From a bacterium (GTDB taxonomy: Bacteria; Planctomycetota; UBA1135; UBA2386), in NCBI GenBank assembly GCA_024743115.1, contig JANSXC010000004.1, positions 140,113-204,112 on the forward strand: DNA of 64,000 nucleotides, read 5' to 3'. The notes under the pieces were generated by a model that saw nothing but the letters and a program-made list of their open reading frames with translations, did no database searches and was not told the origin of the DNA. Of the stretch, positions 58,856 to 64,000 are shown piece by piece. The translations under genes and the position numbers were made by a program. Every line of letters starts with the position of its first letter. The stretch's first letter is position 1.

Positions 58856-61042
58856 CTATTGAATCGTAACGCTCAGCGCGTTCGACAAGTCGAAGCCGTA
58901 GGCCGTGCACCGTGGCTGCGGCGTTAGCGTGATCCATTGCTCGTGGAGCCGCAGTCCGACGAACGCCGGGCCAGGTGGGATGGACATGGCGTAGAACGCA
59001 TCGCCGCTGGCGCTTGTCGCCCCCCGGAAGATCGTTACTCCCGAGGCCGGATCGGGGATCAACTGGCACGGGCCGCACGATTGGGGTCGGGTGCTCAGCC
59101 CGATCACCAGGAACGTTGGAGCGCTGGGGGCCGCGCCGAGCAAGCGTTGGGTGTAGTTGGCGTTGCCGGCGACCGAGCACGTCGATACCGCGGTGCCGCC
59201 GGCGCCGCAGCCGCGGCCGGCGTCGCGGACGATTCCGACCCGGGGGGCGAACATTCGTGCGCGGACACCGAGCGGAGAACCGAGCAGAGAGCTACCCCAA
59301 ACGATCATTGCCGACGTGTTCGGAGCGCCGCCCGTGCTGGCGATGCGAACGTCGCTCTGTCTTCCCAGAGGCGAGTTCTGAATCGTGAAGCTGCCCTCGC
59401 AGGTCGTGCAATCGATGGGGTCGATCGAGACGAGCTCGGCTGACGAGCCGATTGCGGGAAACAGGCTGCGTTCGTAGCTGACGAGGTACGATTCGCCGAG
59501 GTCGGCCACCGCGGGGGTTTGTTCGTCGACCGACGTGGTGGCAATCGGCACTGCGCTCTGGACGGACAAAGAACCCTGACTCAGAGGCAGCTCGACGCGC
59601 TGGCAGTAAACATCGGTGTCGCCGGCGGCGTTGAGCCGGTCGTACGCGACGACCCAGTGCTCGCCGTCGCCATCCAGAGCAATGTTGCGGGGGCCGAAGG
59701 CCGATGCCAGCGGCGAGACAATCGTGAATGGCGAGCTGACTGGCGTCACGTTGCGCGTGATCACGAGGCCGCGCAGGTTGGAGAACGTATTGAATGGCCC
59801 GGACCGCTCGCCCCACGTAACGAGGTAACGCCCCGGGCCGCCGCCGGTCCGGGCGATAGCCGGCCCGGCGCTGATCGAAGAACCGGAACCGGCAATCGAA
59901 ACGACGGGGCCGAACGGAATCGGCGTTGCCGGTGGCGTTGAGGCCGGGACATTGACCTGGGTGGCGCGAATGAGTCCGAGTGAGGCGTTCCGCCACGTAA
60001 GCACGACGTCGTCGTCCACCAGCACCGCTTCGCCGCCGACGTCGGGCATCTGCTGGTCGCTGCCGCTGGCCACGACAACTCCAACGGACGCTGCGAAGTT
60101 GGCTGCGCTGATCGACGCGCAGTGGATTGCGCGGGTTGAGCCACTGCCGCTATCCCACGTCGCGACGAACGTGTCGCGCGAGTTCACGTTAGCGACGCGA
60201 ATGCGCGTGCCCCCGAAGTAGGTGACGAGTTGCGGGATCGGCATCAGCGGTAGGGCCGCGGTTGCATAGCTACCATCGGTTCGGATGAATCGATAGTACG
60301 GACGCCATGCGCTACCGCTGGTCAGCTTCTGGCGCCAAACCGCGACGTACACCAGGTTGGTGGCATCGAATGCAACGTCTGGCAGCTCGGCGTTGGGGGG
60401 CGACACCGACAGCGTAGAGCCGATCAGCGGATCGACGATGAGCGGCCAATGAGCCCGATCGACGAAGTCGGCTGGCAGGATGAGTTCGAGTCCCTCTCCG
60501 GTTTGGCGCAGGGTTCCGGTAGCGCGGTTGTCGTTTGCGTCGATACCGGTGACGGCGCCGATATGGACCCCGACCTGGCCCGGCGCCGAGAGGGTCAGCT
60601 CACGTACCGGCTGGTCGAAGTGATCCGGAACGAGATCGGTAACGAGCTTGCCGCGCACGACCAGATCGCCGTTACCAGGCGGGCATTCGTCAATGACGAA
60701 GCTCTGTTCGACGCCCGTTTCGCGAACCTCGTAGCGTTCTTGCAGGCCTGGCCGATCGTAGATGACGCTTTGGCCGTCGACCCGAGGTGTGACCCGCCCG
60801 AGCGGGGTCGTGCGGCGGCGCCCGCGGCGTTCGACCGACATCAACTCGAAGCGAAGGCCGGGAGCCTCGTGCGCCGGCGTCGGTAGCGCGTGGAAAGCGA
60901 ATCCAGCCGTGGAGAACGTTGCATGGTAACTTCTGCCGGTCGCTGTATGCGCGGCCTCGTCGACCTGGATTCGGGGGGCTTGCGCCGTCGTGATGGTCGC
61001 AAGCAGAAGCACGCAAAGACAGGGGGGAGCGGTTCTTGGCAT
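58856..61042 (-). CDS. 728-aa secreted protein of unknown function; its C-terminal ~120 aa are related to 39900-40397
   Basis: ORF 58856-61042 with signal MPRTAPPCLCVLLLATITTAQA. The C-terminus reads ...RLLGAAPSAPTFLVIGLSTRPQSCGPCQLIPDP...MSIPPGPAFVGLRLHEQWITL...FDLSNALSVTIQ. Confidence 0.7.
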   Translation of the reverse strand: MPRTAPPCLCVLLLATITTAQAPRIQVDEAAHTATGRSYHATFSTAGFAFHALPTPAHEAPGLRFELMSVERRGRRRTTPLGRVTPRVDGQSVIYDRPGLQERYEVRETGVEQSFVIDECPPGNGDLVVRGKLVTDLVPDHFDQPVRELTLSAPGQVGVHIGAVTGIDANDNRATGTLRQTGEGLELILPADFVDRAHWPLIVDPLIGSTLSVSPPNAELPDVAFDATNLVYVAVWRQKLTSGSAWRPYYRFIRTDGSYATAALPLMPIPQLVTYFGGTRIRVANVNSRDTFVATWDSGSGSTRAIHCASISAANFAASVGVVVASGSDQQMPDVGGEAVLVDDDVVLTWRNASLGLIRATQVNVPASTPPATPIPFGPVVSIAGSGSSISAGPAIARTGGGPGRYLVTWGERSGPFNTFSNLRGLVITRNVTPVSSPFTIVSPLASAFGPRNIALDGDGEHWVVAYDRLNAAGDTDVYCQRVELPLSQGSLSVQSAVPIATTSVDEQTPAVADLGESYLVSYERSLFPAIGSSAELVSIDPIDCTTCEGSFTIQNSPLGRQSDVRIASTGGAPNTSAMIVWGSSLLGSPLGVRARMFAPRVGIVRDAGRGCGAGGTAVSTCSVAGNANYTQRLLGAAPSAPTFLVIGLSTRPQSCGPCQLIPDPASGVTIFRGATSASGDAFYAMSIPPGPAFVGLRLHEQWITLTPQPRCTAYGFDLSNALSVTIQ

Positions 61043-61159
61043 CGGGATCGCGGACGTGTGGTTCCGTGGGATGGGTAGACCACTCCGAATCGGGATGCGG
61101 CGTTGGGAGTAACGCGGATTCTCCGATTCTGCCGGGGGCAGGCAGTTTCGCGGGCTGCC

Positions 61160-61699
61160 TCAGTTCGGATGGCGCCCGAGCGTCAGAGCCAGCTCCGCCA
61201 GTGCGCGGTACAGCAACTGCTTGCTGGCAGCCTCGCTGCGGTTCATTGCCACCGCGATCTCTCGGTGTGGCAGACCAACGATGCGAGCGAGCGTGATGAC
61301 CTCGCGGTGGTCCGCTTCGAGTTCGTCGAAAGCGGATTCGAAGCGCGCGATCCTTTCGCGCATGTCGAGATCGCGGCTCGGGGTGGCGCAATCGGCGTAG
61401 ACGTTCGCTAGTTCTCCATCCGTGATCGACGCTTCCCGGTCGACATTGCGCTTGCCCGCGCGGTAGTAGTCGACGCGGTCACGAACCTTGCGCAGTGCCG
61501 TGGTGAACAGCCATCGACGGAACCCGGCCTCGCCGCCGAACTGGTACTTGTCCCTGTGTTCGAGGATTTCGCGGCACGCCGACTGCACGAGATCCGCGGC
61601 CGACTCCTTCTGGCGAAGCTGTGGCCCCATGTGCAGTCGCACGTACGCGCGTAGGCGTGGCAGATGCTCGGCTAGCAGGGCTCCAAGTTGGTCGTCCAC
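61160..61699 (-). CDS. ECF sigma factor of the kinase-associated (Planctomycete/Verrucomicrobia-type, TIGR02984-like by memory) group
   Basis: ORF 61160-61699, GTG start. It contains ESAADLVQSACREILEHRDKYQFGGEAGFRRWLFTTALRKV and VITLARIVGLPHREIAVAMNRSEAASKQLLYRALAEL. Confidence 0.85.
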   Translation of the reverse strand: MDDQLGALLAEHLPRLRAYVRLHMGPQLRQKESAADLVQSACREILEHRDKYQFGGEAGFRRWLFTTALRKVRDRVDYYRAGKRNVDREASITDGELANVYADCATPSRDLDMRERIARFESAFDELEADHREVITLARIVGLPHREIAVAMNRSEAASKQLLYRALAELALTLGRHPN

Positions 61700-61720
61700 G
61701 GTCTTGCTATTGTAGCAGGC

Positions 61721-64000
61721 ATGTCCGCTTCTTCAGATTCGAGCCAGCCTCCGGTCGAGCTGCTGACCGAAGCGATTCGCCGGCTCGAGGAAGTTGGTTT
61801 CGACGCGCTCGAGGAGTTTCTCGCCGAGCAACCGGTGCACGCGGTCGCGCTGCGCAATCTGCTGCGCTCGCTCGATCACATCGGCATGGTCGTGGGGAAC
61901 GCCACCGACGGGGACGCGATGCCGGGGCAGATCGGCGAGTTCGTGATCAAAGAGCGGCTGGGTAAGGGCGGCATGGGAGTGGTCTATCTCGCGGAGCAGC
62001 CGGCGCTGCAGCGCGAGGTGGCGATCAAACTCATCCGCCCCGACTATCTGTTCTTTCCGCGAGCCCGCGAGCGATTCCAGCGAGAGATCGCTGCGATTGC
62101 TCGCCTGCAGCATCCTTCGATCGTCCGGGTCTATTCCGCCGAAACCGGTGGGGAGGTGCCCTACTTCACGATGGAGCGGGTCGAGGGCGTCAGCCTGGAC
62201 CAGCTAATCGGAGCGTTGCGGCCGGGGACGCTCGAACGGCTCGGAGCGGCCGATGTGGTGGCGGAACTCGTGGCGCTCGGCGCGCCGCCGGAGGCGTTGG
62301 ACTCTGTCGATCCAGAACTGAGTTGGGCGGAGATTTGCGTGCGTTGGCTGCGAGATCTTGCTGATGCCGTGCGATATGCCCACGACCACGACGTACTACA
62401 CCGCGACATCAAGCCGTCGAACGTGATGATCACCTGGTCGATGCGCGCGATGTTGCTCGACTTCGGGCTCGCGAGCACGGCGGGCGAGGAGCCGGTGACT
62501 CGCACAGGCACGCAGCTGGGTTCGCTGCCTTACATGGCGCCGGAGCAGGTGCGTGGTGAGACGTCTGCAATCGATTGTCGGACGGATGTCTATGCGTTGG
62601 GTGTTTTGCTCTACGAGTTGTTGACGTTGCATCGTCCGTTTCACGGTGGCGGTGATTCCGAGGAGGCGCTGCGGCGGCGAATCGTGAGCGGCGAGACACC
62701 GTTGGTTCGGGCGATCAACCGTAGTGTTACGTGGGAGGCGGAGATGGTTTGCCGCCGAGCAATGGCGCCCGAGTCCGACCAGCGGTATCCGACGGCCGCT
62801 GCGCTCGGCGAAGACCTGCAGAACCTGCTGTCCCTGCGCCCGATCCAGGCGCGCCGGCCTGGGCCACGGGTATGGGTGCGACGCTACGTCCGCCGCCATC
62901 CCGCGCTCGCCGGTGCTGGGGCGATGGCGCTGCTGTCGCTGATTCTCGCGCCGACGGCGTTTGCGATCGGCGAGTTCAACCTACGCACGCAAATCAGCGC
63001 TGAGCAGAGTCGAACCCAGGAGGAAGTGAGGGTTCGAGACGACATGCTCGACTTCTTTCGCGAAGAGCTGCTCGGCGTGGCGTCGCCCGAAGAGCTCGGC
63101 AAGGATGTGACGATGCGTGCGGCGCTCGACCACGCTGCGAAGCGAGTCGATGGACGGTTTCCGGATCGGCCGCGAATCGAGGCTGCGCTTCGTTCCACCA
63201 TCGGCCATACATACCGCAGCCTTGGCGAACTCGAGCTTGCCGAGCATCACCTCTCACGTTCGCTTGCGCTTTTCGAGCAGCACGTGGGGCGTCGAAGTCG
63301 CTCGACCCTTCAGGTTGCGCAACGGCTCGGCCGGGTCTACTCGCTCCAAGGCCGATTCGATGAACTCGAAGAGTTGCTGCGCCGAAACCACGACGCGACG
63401 CTTTCCGAGTTCGGCGCGGAGGACCCGGCGACGCTGACGGCGGCGAACAATCTCGGACTCCTTTTGACGCGGCGAGGCAAGCACAGGGAGGCCGAGGTGC
63501 TGCTACGTTCGGTTGTCACGACCCGCTTGCGAGTCCTGGGCGAGGGGAACGAGACAACCCAGGCGTCGATGAGCAACCTGGGGATCGTCTACTACAACCT
63601 CGAGGAGTACGGCGAAGCCGAGCGCTGGGTGCGGCGTGAGCTGTCATTGTGTGCCGAGCGGTTGGGGCAGGAGCACGTTTCGACGCTGACTTCGCGGGCC
63701 AATCTCGCGAACCTCTTGGCGCGTACGGGTCGTGTAGCAGAGGGGGCTTCGGCGATGGGCGATGTCGTCGAGTCCTCGCGCCGGATCCGCGGGGCGGGGC
63801 ATGTCGAAACCCTGCATGCGGCGATCAGCCTGGCCAACATTTTTCGAGCGGGCGGCGAGTTCGAGAGAGCCGAGCAGGAACTACGGCGCGTGTTCCGCGA
63901 CGGCGCCGAGTCGCCCAAGGAGAGCGGGGTCATGGTTCGGGCACGCCAAGACCTGGCGCGCCTCCGACTGGCGCGTGGCACAAGTCTGACCTCCTCGGGG
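61721..64000 (+). CDS. Ser/Thr protein kinase with one TM and C-terminal TPR repeats; 3' end beyond the window
   Basis: My own translation from ATG 61721 is open to the window end (760 codons), which is why it is absent from the ORF track. It contains GKGGMGVVYLAEQ...VAIKLI, HRDIKPSNVM, LLDFGLA, GSLPYMAPEQ, the TM ALAGAGAMALLSLILAPTAFAI, and then TPR-like IGHTYRSLGELELAEHHLSRSLAL, LGIVYYNLEEYGEAERW. Confidence 0.9.
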   Translation, partial: MSASSDSSQPPVELLTEAIRRLEEVGFDALEEFLAEQPVHAVALRNLLRSLDHIGMVVGNATDGDAMPGQIGEFVIKERLGKGGMGVVYLAEQPALQREVAIKLIRPDYLFFPRARERFQREIAAIARLQHPSIVRVYSAETGGEVPYFTMERVEGVSLDQLIGALRPGTLERLGAADVVAELVALGAPPEALDSVDPELSWAEICVRWLRDLADAVRYAHDHDVLHRDIKPSNVMITWSMRAMLLDFGLASTAGEEPVTRTGTQLGSLPYMAPEQVRGETSAIDCRTDVYALGVLLYELLTLHRPFHGGGDSEEALRRRIVSGETPLVRAINRSVTWEAEMVCRRAMAPESDQRYPTAAALGEDLQNLLSLRPIQARRPGPRVWVRRYVRRHPALAGAGAMALLSLILAPTAFAIGEFNLRTQISAEQSRTQEEVRVRDDMLDFFREELLGVASPEELGKDVTMRAALDHAAKRVDGRFPDRPRIEAALRSTIGHTYRSLGELELAEHHLSRSLALFEQHVGRRSRSTLQVAQRLGRVYSLQGRFDELEELLRRNHDATLSEFGAEDPATLTAANNLGLLLTRRGKHREAEVLLRSVVTTRLRVLGEGNETTQASMSNLGIVYYNLEEYGEAERWVRRELSLCAERLGQEHVSTLTSRANLANLLARTGRVAEGASAMGDVVESSRRIRGAGHVETLHAAISLANIFRAGGEFERAEQELRRVFRDGAESPKESGVMVRARQDLARLRLARGTSLTSSG

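Overview
This is a very GC-rich, gene-dense bacterial chromosomal segment. I call about 65 protein-coding genes on both strands and one tRNA-Arg(CCT). I found no rRNA, CRISPR array, transposase, integrase or prophage genes. The gene content resembles a Myxococcota- or Planctomycetota-like Gram-negative organism: several ECF sigma/anti-sigma pairs, one ECF sigma next to a Ser/Thr kinase with TPR repeats, a MoxR-DUF58-VWA (Bat-type) operon, and many secreted or lipoproteins. That placement is a guess made from gene content only.

Layout:
- 0-19 kb: small regulator plus oxidoreductase modules (AraC, HxlR, SDRs, quinone oxidoreductase, LLM monooxygenase, NmrA), thiD, a RhlE-type DEAD-box helicase, a 924-aa surface protein, and a nucleotidyltransferase pair.
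- 19.4 kb: tRNA-Arg.
- 19.6-23 kb: a MarR-DoxX-dioxygenase-rhodanese block.
- 23-29.5 kb: purple-acid-phosphatase-like lipoprotein, BlaI/BlaR1-like pair, ATP-dependent DNA ligase.
- 29.5-34 kb: a long minus-strand redox operon (thioredoxin, ECF sigma, zinc-finger anti-sigma, AhpD-like, PNPOx-like, M24 peptidase).
- 34-43.7 kb: sppA, HIT, TPR protein, sigma factor, Usp, trypsin-like protease, ribBA.
- 43.7-49.4 kb: ECF sigma operon with PilM-N/GspL-like and GspM-like genes, then a coiled-coil protein with a RelE/ParE-like end.
- 49.4-58.8 kb: aat, a 1264-aa secreted protein and the MoxR/VWA operon.
- 58.8-64 kb: a 728-aa secreted protein, an ECF sigma, and a Ser/Thr kinase that runs off the right edge.

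Most notable observations:
1. An in-frame TGA sits exactly at the catalytic Cys of an otherwise intact exported rhodanese, with a hairpin just downstream. This is a candidate selenoprotein that gene callers would truncate.
2. An ECF-headed operon carries an orphan GspL/GspM-like pair.
3. A coiled-coil protein ends in a RelE/ParE-like domain and is start/stop-overlapped with aat.
4. A rearranged Bat-type operon is fronted by a giant protein.
5. A BlaR1-like M56 protease has a roughly 570-aa charged repeat tail, with two clear operator dyads upstream of its BlaI partner.
6. Several loci are decayed or frameshifted.

All functional calls come from motif recognition by eye. No database search was run.
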